Assembly (NCBI GenBank): GCA_947630625.1
Contig: CANRIL010000008.1
Span: forward strand, 10,901-74,900
DNA length: 64,000 nucleotides
Direction of reading: 5' to 3'
Origin: an uncultured Clostridia bacterium
GTDB lineage: Bacteria > Bacillota > Clostridia > Oscillospirales > CAG-272
Positions within the stretch are counted from its first letter, which is position 1; the number at the start of each line of letters is the position of its first letter. Positions 55,016 to 64,000 of this stretch are shown piece by piece. A model generated the notes under the pieces. That model made no database searches and was not told the DNA's origin. It saw nothing but the letters and a program-made list of their open reading frames with translations. A program made the position numbers and the translations under genes.

Positions 55016-56023
55016 ATGGAATATCGCATACTTGGAAAAACGGGGCTTTCCGTCTCCCGGCTCGGATTCGGCGGAATACCGATCCAGCGCACGGACGCCG
55101 AAAGCGTCCGCCGCCTGTTTGATTCGCTCATATCTCACGGAGTCAACTTCATCGACACGGCGCGCGCCTACACCGTGAGCGAGGAATACATAGGAGGCGC
55201 GATAGCCGGACGCCGCGATAAATTTGTTCTCGCGACAAAGAGCATGGCAAAGACGCGCGAGCTCATGGCGGCGGACATAGACAAAAGTCTCGGGCTTCTC
55301 GGCACAGACTATATCGACTTATACCAGCTCCACAATCCATCTTTGGATTCGCTCGATTCGGTCTTCGGCGAGGGCGGCGCGCTCGAAGCGCTGCTTTCCG
55401 CGAAAAAAGCCGGAAAGATCGGGCACATCGGCATAACGGCGCATTCGGCGGCCGTTTTTCGCCGCGCGCTCACGATGGACGAGATCGAGACTGTCATGTT
55501 CCCGTATAACATCGTCGAGGTCGGGGAGACGGAGCTTATCGACGAATGCACCCGCTCGGGCAGGGGCTTTATCTGCATGAAGCCGCTCGCCGGCGGCGCG
55601 ATCCGGGACGCGAGCACCGCGCTCCGCTTTATCGCCGCCAACGATTCCGTCACGGTCATGATCCCCGGCGTCTCGGACGAAAAAGAGCTTGAAGAAAACA
55701 TCAGCGCCATAACGGATGATTCCCCGCTCACGCCGTCCGAGCTCGCCTCAATTTCAGAGATACGCATGGAGCTCGGCGACGCGTTCTGCCGCAGATGCGG
55801 CTACTGCATGCCGTGCACGGCGGGGATCAATATTCCGAGCGTCTTTCTCTTTGACGGATATCTGACGCGCTACGGGCTCGAAGACTGGGGGCGCGACAGA
55901 TACGCGACGCTCAGCGTCAAAGCCTCCGCATGCGTCGGCTGCGGCATTTGCGAGGCGCGCTGCCCATACGGACTGCCGATAAGGCGCATGATGCGCGAAG
56001 CGTCGCAAAGGCTTGACGTATGA
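55016..56023 (+). CDS. aldo/keto reductase with C-terminal 4Fe-4S cluster domain
   Basis: MEYRILGKTGLSVSRLGFGGIPIQ...FIDTARAY...YIDLYQLH. The C-terminus has CRRCGYCMPC and CVGCGICEARCP. Start at ATG 55016, with GAGGTGG upstream. Confidence 0.85.
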   Translation: MEYRILGKTGLSVSRLGFGGIPIQRTDAESVRRLFDSLISHGVNFIDTARAYTVSEEYIGGAIAGRRDKFVLATKSMAKTRELMAADIDKSLGLLGTDYIDLYQLHNPSLDSLDSVFGEGGALEALLSAKKAGKIGHIGITAHSAAVFRRALTMDEIETVMFPYNIVEVGETELIDECTRSGRGFICMKPLAGGAIRDASTALRFIAANDSVTVMIPGVSDEKELEENISAITDDSPLTPSELASISEIRMELGDAFCRRCGYCMPCTAGINIPSVFLFDGYLTRYGLEDWGRDRYATLSVKASACVGCGICEARCPYGLPIRRMMREASQRLDV

Positions 56024-56715
56024 GCCATATACTTTATTCCGACAATGATATCGCCGTCGCCGTGAAGCCGTGCGGCGTCTCGTCCCAGGCGTGCCGGGAC
56101 GGCGCAAGCTTAATAAACATGCTGCGCGAGGATTTGGGGGGCGAAATATACCCAGTCCACCGCCTTGACCGCGAGACATCCGGCATAATAGTTTACGCGC
56201 GCACGCCGGGCGCGGCGCACGCGCTGACAGAGGAGCTTCAGAACTCGAACGTCGAAAAAGTCTATCTCGCAATAACGCTCGGCGCGCCGAGGGAGATGTC
56301 CGGCGAATACCGCGACCTGCTCTATCACGACGCGCGCCGAAATAAATCTTACGTCGTCTCCTGCGCGCGGCGCGGCGTCCGCGAGGCGAGCCTCCGGTAT
56401 AGAACGGTTGAAATTCAGGGCTCCCTATCCCTCGTCGCCGTCCGGCTGCAAACGGGGAGAACTCATCAGATCCGCGTCCAGTTCGCCTCGCGCGGCACGC
56501 CGATTTTCGGCGACCGCCGATATGGCGGCAAACCCGACGATGGCAGATGGGGCGACGTTGGTTCCCCGCCGCCGCACGGGATCGCGCTTGCGTCAGTATT
56601 TCTCTCTTTTTCGCACCCGACGACAGGCGAGCGCATGAGCTTCACTTATCCGCCGTCCGGCTCCGTCTTTGACTGCTTTGACATAGATCAGGCAATGTCG
56701 TCGCTCATATTCTGA
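56020..56715 (+). CDS. RluA family pseudouridine synthase
   Basis: Catalytic motif HRLDRETSGIIVYA, and GRTHQIRVQF. It has a 4-nt overlap with the upstream gene. Confidence 0.85.
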   Translation: MSHILYSDNDIAVAVKPCGVSSQACRDGASLINMLREDLGGEIYPVHRLDRETSGIIVYARTPGAAHALTEELQNSNVEKVYLAITLGAPREMSGEYRDLLYHDARRNKSYVVSCARRGVREASLRYRTVEIQGSLSLVAVRLQTGRTHQIRVQFASRGTPIFGDRRYGGKPDDGRWGDVGSPPPHGIALASVFLSFSHPTTGERMSFTYPPSGSVFDCFDIDQAMSSLIF

Positions 56716-56731
56716 TTCCTTTGGAGCTTTT

Positions 56732-57871
56732 ATGAAGAAACGGTCACAAGCAATTTTGGCAGCTGTCTTAATTGACACGCTGCTTTTCGCCATTTGTCTT
56801 TTATCGTTTGCATACCTGCACCATGTCAGGCGGATGTGGTCGTCCGGCTCGGGCGGCGTCATAATCGTCGGTCAGGCAGGAGAGAACGGCGGCGATGAGA
56901 ACAGCAACGGCAACAGCAACAGCAGCAGCGCCGCGCCCGGCGGCGAAACAAACACAGCGGACGATCCCGCGTCCGCCCCCGCTGACGGAACATCTGGCGG
57001 GACGGAACCCGAAACCGAGCCTGAGCCCGAACCCGAACCGAACAAATTTGAATCTCTTTTCGCGCCGGAGGGCACATTCGAGGTTACCGACTCATACTAC
57101 CGCAGCCACGACATATATATAACTGTAGAAGAGGTGACGGGGCCCGTCCCGGTATCAGACTACATCGCGCGATATTACGTCTACGACGTATATGTCAGGA
57201 ACATCGAGAACCTTTTCGCCGTCGCCGTCATGTCGGAGCACCCGTCCGACGACACCGACCGCGTCCCGTTTGACGACCTTATAGCCGCCGCTGGCTCGCC
57301 GATCGCCGCGATAAGCGGCGACTATTGGGGCTTCAACGCCGATGTCGCCGTGCGGAACGGCGTCCTGCTCCGCAATCGCGGGCGCACCGAAGACGATTTC
57401 TGCGTCATGTACCGCGACGGCAGGATGGAAACTCACCCCGGCTCCGATCTGCCCGGATTTGAGATCACAGACGACGTATATCAGATCTGGAACTTCGGTC
57501 CCTCCCTGCTTGACGACCTCGGCTGTGCGAAAACCGATTTCGGCTCCAAAAACGACATAAAGAACCGCAACCCGCGCTCCTCCATCGGTTACTACGAGCC
57601 GGGGCACTACTGCTTCATCGTCGCCGAGGGGAGGCGCACGATCAAATATAACGGGCAAAGCACATATCTTGCCGGGATAAGGTTCGTCGACCTGTCGGCA
57701 ATATATGAACAGCTCGGCGTCACTGCCGCATATAACTTTGACGGCGGCGATTCAGCCTACGCATACTATAACGGCGAAACGATACGGCAGGACTGGAGCC
57801 GCGCCCACGAGCCCGGCGAAACCCCGCGCAGGATTTACGACATAATCTGCGTCGGGGAAATCGAAAAATGA
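56732..57871 (+). CDS. phosphodiester glycosidase (NAGPA/DUF2233) family protein, membrane-anchored
   Basis: An N-terminal TM and low-complexity linker are followed by AISGDYWGF...NPRSSIGYYEPGHYCFIVAEGR...AYNFDGGDS. Confidence 0.75.
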   Translation: MKKRSQAILAAVLIDTLLFAICLLSFAYLHHVRRMWSSGSGGVIIVGQAGENGGDENSNGNSNSSSAAPGGETNTADDPASAPADGTSGGTEPETEPEPEPEPNKFESLFAPEGTFEVTDSYYRSHDIYITVEEVTGPVPVSDYIARYYVYDVYVRNIENLFAVAVMSEHPSDDTDRVPFDDLIAAAGSPIAAISGDYWGFNADVAVRNGVLLRNRGRTEDDFCVMYRDGRMETHPGSDLPGFEITDDVYQIWNFGPSLLDDLGCAKTDFGSKNDIKNRNPRSSIGYYEPGHYCFIVAEGRRTIKYNGQSTYLAGIRFVDLSAIYEQLGVTAAYNFDGGDSAYAYYNGETIRQDWSRAHEPGETPRRIYDIICVGEIEK

Positions 57872-57885
57872 TTCGCTCCTTTTTC

Positions 57886-57920
57886 GGGAGGCGCTTTATT
57901 CAAAATGCGCCTCCCTTTTT
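57886..57920 (+). terminator. rho-independent terminator
   Basis: GGGAGGCGC-12 nt-GCGCCUCCC followed by UUUUU. Confidence 0.8.
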
Positions 57921-57992
57921 CATGTCGCCATCTCCCCCCTCCGCCGCTTTTCTTAACAATCGCGAAATATTTTTAATATTTTCTAAAAGATA

Positions 57993-58021
57993 TTGACAAG
58001 CGCCCGCATACGTAGTATTAT
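57993..58021 (+). promoter_or_regulatory. sigma-A promoter of the ABC transporter gene (TTGACA-17 nt-TATTAT)
   Basis: TTGACA at 57993-57998, a 17-nt spacer, then TATTAT at 58016-58021. Confidence 0.6.
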
Positions 58022-58090
58022 ATATGCGTACTATTTAGGGTAGTACAGTTGTGACACTATTTTTCATCATGGACGAAAGGAAAAAATATC

Positions 58091-60859
58091 ATGCTGGAAA
58101 CACGAAATTTGCGGAAGGTATATAGACCCAAAAAGGGCGTCCCCGTGGTGGCGCTCGACGGGATAACGCTGAAATTTCCGGAACGCGGAATGGTTTTCCT
58201 GCTCGGCAAATCGGGCAGCGGCAAATCAACGCTTTTAAACCTGCTCGGCGGGCTTGACAAATACGACGACGGCGAGATCATAATCAAGGGAGTTTCGTCC
58301 CGCGACTTCAACCAGGAAAGATTCGACTCGTACAGGAACACATACGTCGGATTCATCTTTCAGGACTACAACGTCCTGCCCGAATTCACCGTCGGCGCCA
58401 ATATCGCGCTCGCCCTCGAACTTCAGGGCAAAAAGGCGACGGATGAGCAGATAAACAAAATTCTTGACGAGGTCGACCTCGCGGGTTACGGTAACCGCAG
58501 ACCGAACGAGCTCTCCGGCGGTCAGCTCCAGCGCGTCGCGATTGCGAGGGCACTTGTCAAAAATCCCGAGATAATCATGGCGGACGAGCCGACCGGTGCG
58601 CTCGACTCGGCGACGGGCAAGCAGGTGTTCGACACGCTCAAGAAACTGTCCACTCAAAAGCTCGTCATAATCGTCTCGCACGACCGCGAATATGCGGAAT
58701 TTTACGCCGACCGCATAATCGAGCTCGCCGACGGGCACGTCATCTCCGATGTCGAATACTCCCGCGAAGGCGTTGACGAATCGGACGCCATCTCATACGA
58801 CGGCGACACCGTCAACATCCCGGCAGGATACCACCTGACGGAGGAAGACAGGCGCGAGATCAACGAATACATAGACAGGCTGCGCGCCGGTACACGCCTT
58901 CACTTCTCCGGGCTTTCAAAGCGGTTCCTTCCGACGGACACCTCGAAAATACCGCCCGCCGACCCGTCGAAATTCAGCCTCATCAAATCGCGCCTGCCGC
59001 TGCACAGCGCGTTCCGGATCGGCGCGAGCGGGCTCAAATACAAGAAATTCCGCCTCGTCATGACGATCCTGCTCTCCGTCGTCGCGTTCGGGCTGTTTGC
59101 GCTCGCGGACACGTTCGGAGCGTATAACCACATCGAGGCGTGCACGAATTCCCTGCTCGAATCGAACGTTCGGTACCTCTCCCTCGTCAAGGCAAAGCAG
59201 TACACGCGCTACGACGGCACGACAGCTTACACGACGGGCTCAATGCTCGATGACGACGACATTTCATCGATCAACCGCGACATGGGCACGCCGGTGTCCG
59301 GCGTCTTCGTTCCGCTGAACGGCATACCCGAATTCGATCAGATGATCGATTCCGAAAGCGAGCAGTATACAGAGAGAGCCGCCGTTCTCGCGAGGTCATT
59401 CTCCGGCTACAGCGAGCTTGACGAAAAAACGCTCTCCGACCTCGGTTACACGCTCGCCGCCGGAAGAATTCCGGCTCCGGGCAAAAACGAGCTCGCGATA
59501 ACGTCATATGTGCTTGAAACGTTCAAAACCGGCGGATTTGCGACCGGAGAGACGAAAAAATCCCCGGAAGGCATGGAAGTTCCCGTATACGACAAAATTT
59601 CCTCTCCCGAAGACATGCTGGGAAGAAAGTGGCGCATCGGCGAGCGCGAATTTGAGATCGTCGGCGTCGTCGATACGAAGCTCGACCTCACCCGCTACGA
59701 TCCTCTGCTCCACAGTGAAATGGATCCGACAATGACGGAACAGCTTGAGCGCCTTGTCCTGTCGCAGGAGCTCGAATACGCGCAGATCTACAGCTTCCAC
59801 TGTCTCGCCTTTGTCGGCGACGGCATGATCAAGACGCTGCTCGAAGACGAGCCTGACGAGATCCCGTTCAGCAATAGCCGTCTCAGTCTCTACGCCGAGC
59901 TTACGGACAACAGCTCCTTCGAGCTTTACCCGGATTTTGCCGGAAAATTTGCCGACATGCCAAAGGACGCCAACATCGTCTGGGCGGACGGCAAGGCGCG
60001 TGACTCGCTCGGCGAGGGTGAAATCATCGTCTCCCCCAGCCTTGTAAATTATTACAAAAGCACAGTGTCCGGCGACACCATCTATATGACATCTATCGAG
60101 CTCACGAAAGAAGACTACGACCTGCTCTTCGGCAGTAAATTCACCGCCAACCTCTGGTCGTTCGGAGGCGCTGACGACGATACATTCGAAAACTGGCACG
60201 TCGTCGGCATATTGGAAAACGTCGATGAGGACTCTGTTTCGTCCTGGTCGATATATATGTCGGACAATGATTTTGAGCGCACGATCGGCTCCGACTACGG
60301 CGACTACACATTCGCCGTCGGCACGATGCCGAAGGCTAAAAACGAGATACGCAAAATCGCCGAGCTCACCAACCGCACCGACACCGAATACCGCTACGAG
60401 ATGAAGAACCCCGTCATCTATGAGCTCGACGGGCTCAACAGTATGCTCGAAGTTCTCTCAAAAGTATTTTTGTGGATAGGCGTCGGATTTGCTGTGTTCG
60501 CCTCCATCATGCTCGCCAATTTCATCGGAACGAGCATCGCTTATAAAAAGCAGGAGATCGGAATTCTGCGCGCGATAGGCTCGCGTTCGAGCGACGTTTT
60601 CAACATATTCTTCGCCGAGGGCTTCATCATCGCCGTCATCAACTTTATTTTGGCGTCTCTCGGCACGCTGACCGCGACGCTTATGATCAATTATTACCTG
60701 CGCATCGGCGCGGGGATACTCGTCACCGTCATCTCGTTCGGCATTCGCCAGGTAGCGCTTCTCATCGTGATCTCGCTCGGCGTCGCCGCACTCTCGTGCT
60801 TCCTGCCCGTGAAGCGCATCGCCTCCAAGCGCCCGATAGACGCGATAAGAGGGAGATAA
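58091..60859 (+). CDS. fused ABC transporter ATP-binding / FtsX-type permease protein (MacB-like)
   Basis: Walker A GKSGSGKST, signature LSGGQLQR, Walker B IIMADEPTGALD. TM1 follows (LVMTILLSVVAFGLFALA), then an extracytoplasmic domain of about 430 aa and three C-terminal FtsX helices. Confidence 0.85.
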   Translation: MLETRNLRKVYRPKKGVPVVALDGITLKFPERGMVFLLGKSGSGKSTLLNLLGGLDKYDDGEIIIKGVSSRDFNQERFDSYRNTYVGFIFQDYNVLPEFTVGANIALALELQGKKATDEQINKILDEVDLAGYGNRRPNELSGGQLQRVAIARALVKNPEIIMADEPTGALDSATGKQVFDTLKKLSTQKLVIIVSHDREYAEFYADRIIELADGHVISDVEYSREGVDESDAISYDGDTVNIPAGYHLTEEDRREINEYIDRLRAGTRLHFSGLSKRFLPTDTSKIPPADPSKFSLIKSRLPLHSAFRIGASGLKYKKFRLVMTILLSVVAFGLFALADTFGAYNHIEACTNSLLESNVRYLSLVKAKQYTRYDGTTAYTTGSMLDDDDISSINRDMGTPVSGVFVPLNGIPEFDQMIDSESEQYTERAAVLARSFSGYSELDEKTLSDLGYTLAAGRIPAPGKNELAITSYVLETFKTGGFATGETKKSPEGMEVPVYDKISSPEDMLGRKWRIGEREFEIVGVVDTKLDLTRYDPLLHSEMDPTMTEQLERLVLSQELEYAQIYSFHCLAFVGDGMIKTLLEDEPDEIPFSNSRLSLYAELTDNSSFELYPDFAGKFADMPKDANIVWADGKARDSLGEGEIIVSPSLVNYYKSTVSGDTIYMTSIELTKEDYDLLFGSKFTANLWSFGGADDDTFENWHVVGILENVDEDSVSSWSIYMSDNDFERTIGSDYGDYTFAVGTMPKAKNEIRKIAELTNRTDTEYRYEMKNPVIYELDGLNSMLEVLSKVFLWIGVGFAVFASIMLANFIGTSIAYKKQEIGILRAIGSRSSDVFNIFFAEGFIIAVINFILASLGTLTATLMINYYLRIGAGILVTVISFGIRQVALLIVISLGVAALSCFLPVKRIASKRPIDAIRGR

Positions 60860-61525
60860 ATGATGGATTCGGAAAATATGCAGGCGCCATCGAAGGAGGA
60901 AATGCCGGACATCAGGCCGCTGAAAAAAGTTTTCTTTATCGCCGCCTGTGCGCTTCTTCTAGCGCTCATCGTCGCCGCAGCCATATCACAGACAGTCTTT
61001 ACCGTCAGCGCCTCTTCCGAGCGCGCGGAGATCACGCAGTCCGACGCGACGTACCCTTCTATCTCGGCGGCAGCGGAGCGGTTTGACAGCGGCAGCGCCG
61101 CCGACTGGGAGCACGCATATTCCTACAATGGAACGCTGCCAAGCGGCGACCCCGGCGACTATACGAGCATATACCTCTATTTCACCGCGGAAAACAAAAG
61201 CTTCCTTGACAGCTATATGCTCGACGCAGCGCTCAAAAGCGCCGGGAAATACAGCGACCGGATACTTTTCTGGTCGGACGCACGCGCCTCGTTTGAAGCG
61301 CCGCTCAGGCGGCGGGAGTCGATACAGTCAAAGTCGTCCGGCGTGTCGTTTTTGGTGCTCGATATCTACTCAGCCGGTCTTTCGGAGGAACAGCTCCGCG
61401 AGCTTGTCCGGGACATCAAAATCGAGGTTTCGGCTTCGGGCAAATTTTTCGGCACAAAGCGGATCGGAGTTTCATATTCGTCATGCGACGCCGTAGTCTT
61501 TGACTACAGCATAACGCAAAAATAG
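60860..61525 (+). CDS. hypothetical N-terminally anchored protein coupled to the ABC transporter
   Basis: The ATG directly abuts the ABC stop (TAAATG). One TM helix (VFFIAACALLLALIVAAAI) is followed by a domain of about 170 aa. Confidence 0.5.
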   Translation: MMDSENMQAPSKEEMPDIRPLKKVFFIAACALLLALIVAAAISQTVFTVSASSERAEITQSDATYPSISAAAERFDSGSAADWEHAYSYNGTLPSGDPGDYTSIYLYFTAENKSFLDSYMLDAALKSAGKYSDRILFWSDARASFEAPLRRRESIQSKSSGVSFLVLDIYSAGLSEEQLRELVRDIKIEVSASGKFFGTKRIGVSYSSCDAVVFDYSITQK

Positions 61526-61538
61526 CCCGTCACCCTTT

Positions 61539-61585
61539 GGGGGAGAAAACTTTTGGGGAAAAGTTTTCTCCCCCATATTTATTTT
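61539..61585 (+). terminator. rho-independent terminator (16-bp stem)
   Basis: GGGGGAGAAAACUUUU-GGGG-AAAAGUUUUCUCCCCC followed by AUAUUUAUUUU. Confidence 0.8.
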
Positions 61586-61597
61586 GGGAAAACGTTG

Positions 61598-61606
61598 TGA
61601 TATAAT
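61598..61606 (+). promoter_or_regulatory. extended -10 promoter element TGaTATAAT
   Basis: TGATATAAT at 61598-61606, about 100 nt upstream of the DUF1385 gene. No good -35 is present. Confidence 0.45.
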
Positions 61607-61707
61607 ATGTATATGTATAAGTATTTTTATGCGGTCAACAGCGTCCGCGCCTCTTTCGGGAACTGCGCGGGCAGACAACATATACGGATGCGGCAAAAGG
61701 AATTTAT

Positions 61708-62868
61708 ATGAGCAGAAATAAAAAACAAAAGAATCCGCGCCTCGGGCGAGTCGGCGGCGAGGCGCTTATAGAGGGCGTCATGATGCGCTGCGGCGAAAAC
61801 GTAGCTATATCCGTTCGCCGTGACGACGGCTCCGTCAATGTGAAAAAGACAAAATACGTCTCGCTCCGGCAGAGGAACAAATTCTTCAATATCCCGATAA
61901 TCCGCGGCGTCGTCAGCTTTATCGAGTCGATGAAAATGTCGTTTTCCTCCCTCTCCGATTCCGCCGAAATGCTTGGGATCGACGAAGAAATGGAGGAGAC
62001 GAAATTCGAGCGCTGGATGCGTGAAAAATTCGGCAAAGGCGTGCTCGATCTCGCGATGTGGATCGGCGGCGCGCTCGGCATAATCCTCGCCATCGGGCTG
62101 TTCGCGCTTCTGCCGACATACCTTGCAAACCTCATCAAGGGCGCTTCCCCGAATCTTGAGCACAGCTGGTTTGTCAGCCTGTTTTCGGGCGTGCTCAGGA
62201 TCGTGATCTTTGTCGGCTACATCTGCCTTGTCTCGATGATGAAGGAGATCCGCCGCACGTTTGAATATCACGGCGCTGAACATAAATCTATCGCATGTTA
62301 TGAATCCGGGCTTGAGCTGACGCCCGAAAACGCAAAGACATGCACGCGGTTCCATCCGCGCTGCGGCACGAGCTTCATCTTCGTCATACTCATTCTCAGC
62401 ATACTGATTTACACAATAGTCCCTTCAACGTGGCCCTGGTACTTTCAGTCGCTTCTGAAAATCGGGATGCTCCCGCTCGTCATGGGGATCAGCTTTGAAT
62501 ATCTGATCTACGCCGGCAAGCACGAAAACGTGCTGACCAAAATCCTCTCCGCCCCCGGACTCTGGATGCAGCGCATCACGACGCGCGAACCTGACTTATC
62601 CGAGCTCGCGATAGCGATCACCTCACTCAAGCTCTCGATGCCCGATGAATTTCCCGATTTCGACCCACAGACATACAGTGAGGCCAAGGGAAAAGCGGCA
62701 GACGGCGGCGCTGAGGCTCACGATGAAAGAGATAACACGGAAGCAAGCGCTGAGGCTTACAATGAAAGCGGTAACACGGAAAACGTCGCTGAGGCTTGCG
62801 AAAGCAGTGATGCTGAAGTCAGCGCTGAACCTTGCGACGAAAGCGGCAGCACGGAGGCAGGCGCTTGA
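61708..62868 (+). CDS. DUF1385 (YqhQ-like) membrane protein with repetitive acidic C-terminal tail
   Basis: RLGRVGGEALIEGVMMR N-terminal signature and HGAEHK. It sits upstream of prmC, as is usual for this family. Confidence 0.8.
   Translation: MSRNKKQKNPRLGRVGGEALIEGVMMRCGENVAISVRRDDGSVNVKKTKYVSLRQRNKFFNIPIIRGVVSFIESMKMSFSSLSDSAEMLGIDEEMEETKFERWMREKFGKGVLDLAMWIGGALGIILAIGLFALLPTYLANLIKGASPNLEHSWFVSLFSGVLRIVIFVGYICLVSMMKEIRRTFEYHGAEHKSIACYESGLELTPENAKTCTRFHPRCGTSFIFVILILSILIYTIVPSTWPWYFQSLLKIGMLPLVMGISFEYLIYAGKHENVLTKILSAPGLWMQRITTREPDLSELAIAITSLKLSMPDEFPDFDPQTYSEAKGKAADGGAEAHDERDNTEASAEAYNESGNTENVAEACESSDAEVSAEPCDESGSTEAGA
62710..62862 (+). repeat. four in-frame tandem repeats (39, 39, 36, 39 bp) encoding AEA(H/Y/C)xES..TE... 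units
   Basis: Units at 62710-62748, 62749-62787, 62788-62823 and 62824-62862. Each starts with GCTGA(G/A)(G/C)CT. Confidence 0.8.
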
Positions 62869-63701
62869 CGCTGCGCGAGCTTTCGCTCCGCCTGTCTGCC
62901 GCCGGGATCGAATCGGCGCTCGCCGACACCGTTTCGCTCGCTTCGCACGTCTCGGGATCATCCCCGGCGTCGCTCTATGCACGGCTTGACGACGAGCTTG
63001 AAGGTGAGGATTGGCTGCCTGAGCTTTTGTGCCTCTCTGAGAGGCGGCGGCTCCGCGAGCCGCTTCAATATATTCTCGGCAAATGGGAATTTTACGGCGA
63101 CGAATACAAGGTGACGCCCGACACGCTGATACCCCGCTCGGAAACGGAGCTGCTCGTCGATTTCGCACTCGCGCAGCTCGCGCGCGGCTCAAGAATTGCC
63201 GACCTCTGCTGCGGCTCCGGCTGCATCGGCATCGCCATATGCCGCCATGCGGACGTTTTCTGCGACAGCGTTGACATTTCATCCCCCACCCTGCGTACGG
63301 CAAAGGAAAATGCCGCCGCCCTCGGCGTCAAAGACAAAATCTCATTTATCCGCGGCGACGTTACGACCGCCCCGCTTCCCACCGGCGCGATATACGACAT
63401 GATCGTTTCAAATCCGCCGTATATCAAAACTTCGGCGATAGAGACGCTTGCCCCGGAGCTTTCCCATGAACCGCGCATCGCGCTTGACGGAGGGGAGGAC
63501 GGGATGAAATTTTATCGCGGGATACTTAAAAATTATTCGCCCTGCCTTGCACCCGGCGGCATGTTCGTCTTCGAGATCGGCTTTGACCTTTCCGAAAGCA
63601 TCACGGCGCTGGCGCGCGAACACGGCTTTTCGTGCGCCGTTTACCCCGACCTCGGCGGGGTGCCGCGCATGGCGGTTTTAAAGCGCGTCGGCGCAAAATA
63701 A
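62865..63701 (+). CDS. prmC: peptide chain release factor N5-glutamine methyltransferase
   Basis: PLQYILGKWEFYG, DLCCGSGCIGIA (SAM motif), and VSNPPYI. The probable TTG start at 62865 overlaps the upstream stop (TTGA), with GGAGG 7 nt upstream. Confidence 0.88.
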   Translation: MTLRELSLRLSAAGIESALADTVSLASHVSGSSPASLYARLDDELEGEDWLPELLCLSERRRLREPLQYILGKWEFYGDEYKVTPDTLIPRSETELLVDFALAQLARGSRIADLCCGSGCIGIAICRHADVFCDSVDISSPTLRTAKENAAALGVKDKISFIRGDVTTAPLPTGAIYDMIVSNPPYIKTSAIETLAPELSHEPRIALDGGEDGMKFYRGILKNYSPCLAPGGMFVFEIGFDLSESITALAREHGFSCAVYPDLGGVPRMAVLKRVGAK

Positions 63702-63726
63702 AAAACATAAGAAGTTAATGACATAA

Positions 63727-64000
63727 ATGAAAATCGAGATATACGACACGACTCTGCGAGACGGCGCGCAAGGCGCCGGTATAAGCTTTACCGACGACAA
63801 CAAACGCGAGATCATTGTCGCGCTCGACGAACTCGGCGTATCATATATTGAAGTCGGAAACGCCGCCTCGCCTGCCGACGCTGCGTTTCTTCGCGGGGCA
63901 GGCAGCCTCGAACTCCGGAATTCGACGCCCGTCGCCTTCTGTGCGACGCGGCGCGCCTGGCAGTGTGCCGCGTCAGACGCATCGCTTGCGTTTGCCGCCG
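63727..64000 (+). CDS. cimA: citramalate synthase / 2-isopropylmalate synthase family, 5' part (runs off the window end)
   Basis: My translation from ATG 63727 gives [44 protein letters not shown], the HMGL-like N-terminus typical of CimA. Confidence 0.75.
   Translation, partial: MKIEIYDTTLRDGAQGAGISFTDDNKREIIVALDELGVSYIEVGNAASPADAAFLRGAGSLELRNSTPVAFCATRRAWQCAASDASLAFAA

Overview
64-kb chromosomal segment that looks like a high-GC Firmicutes/Clostridia genome. My spot counts of 60-nt stretches gave 57-65% GC in housekeeping genes. Supporting signs are the rimP-nusA-ylxR-ylxQ-infB gene order, a type III glutamine synthetase, CsaB/MurJ envelope genes, lipobox lipoproteins and many TGnTATAAT extended -10 promoters. 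I call about 55 protein genes and one tRNA (anticodon CAT). I saw no rRNA, CRISPR array, transposase, integrase or phage genes. Most of the window is housekeeping: glmS(partial)-purB-purA, glnA(type III), ackA, tmcAL, rimP-nusA-ylxR-ylxQ-infB, rnmV-gtrA-murJ-(large membrane protein)-csaB, holA, secG, prmC, cimA(partial). The most unusual item is a 738-aa protein at 20673-22889(-). It has an N-terminal cytoplasmic TIR domain, one transmembrane helix and about 15 extracellular leucine-rich repeats, the three Toll-like-receptor modules in reverse order. It lies directly downstream of a co-directional ECF sigma / anti-sigma / membrane-protein operon. Other points worth a second look: (1) a degenerate 31-39-bp tandem repeat (6 units) that reiterates the 3' half of the ackA terminator; (2) a consensus promoter plus terminator-like leader in front of glnA, with a competing hairpin carrying an ANTAR-type AAAGGC hexaloop, and an ANTAR pseudo-receiver gene 3 kb upstream; (3) two paralogous ECF sigma/anti-sigma pairs, one anti-sigma carrying six internal repeats; (4) probable CTG and ATA start codons; (5) a promoter plus leader terminator in front of rimP-nusA; (6) a translationally coupled GNAT-APH(3') pair where rbfA/truB usually follow infB. 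All functional calls come from reading the translated ORFs and recognising motifs. No database search was run, and novelty cannot be verified from here.
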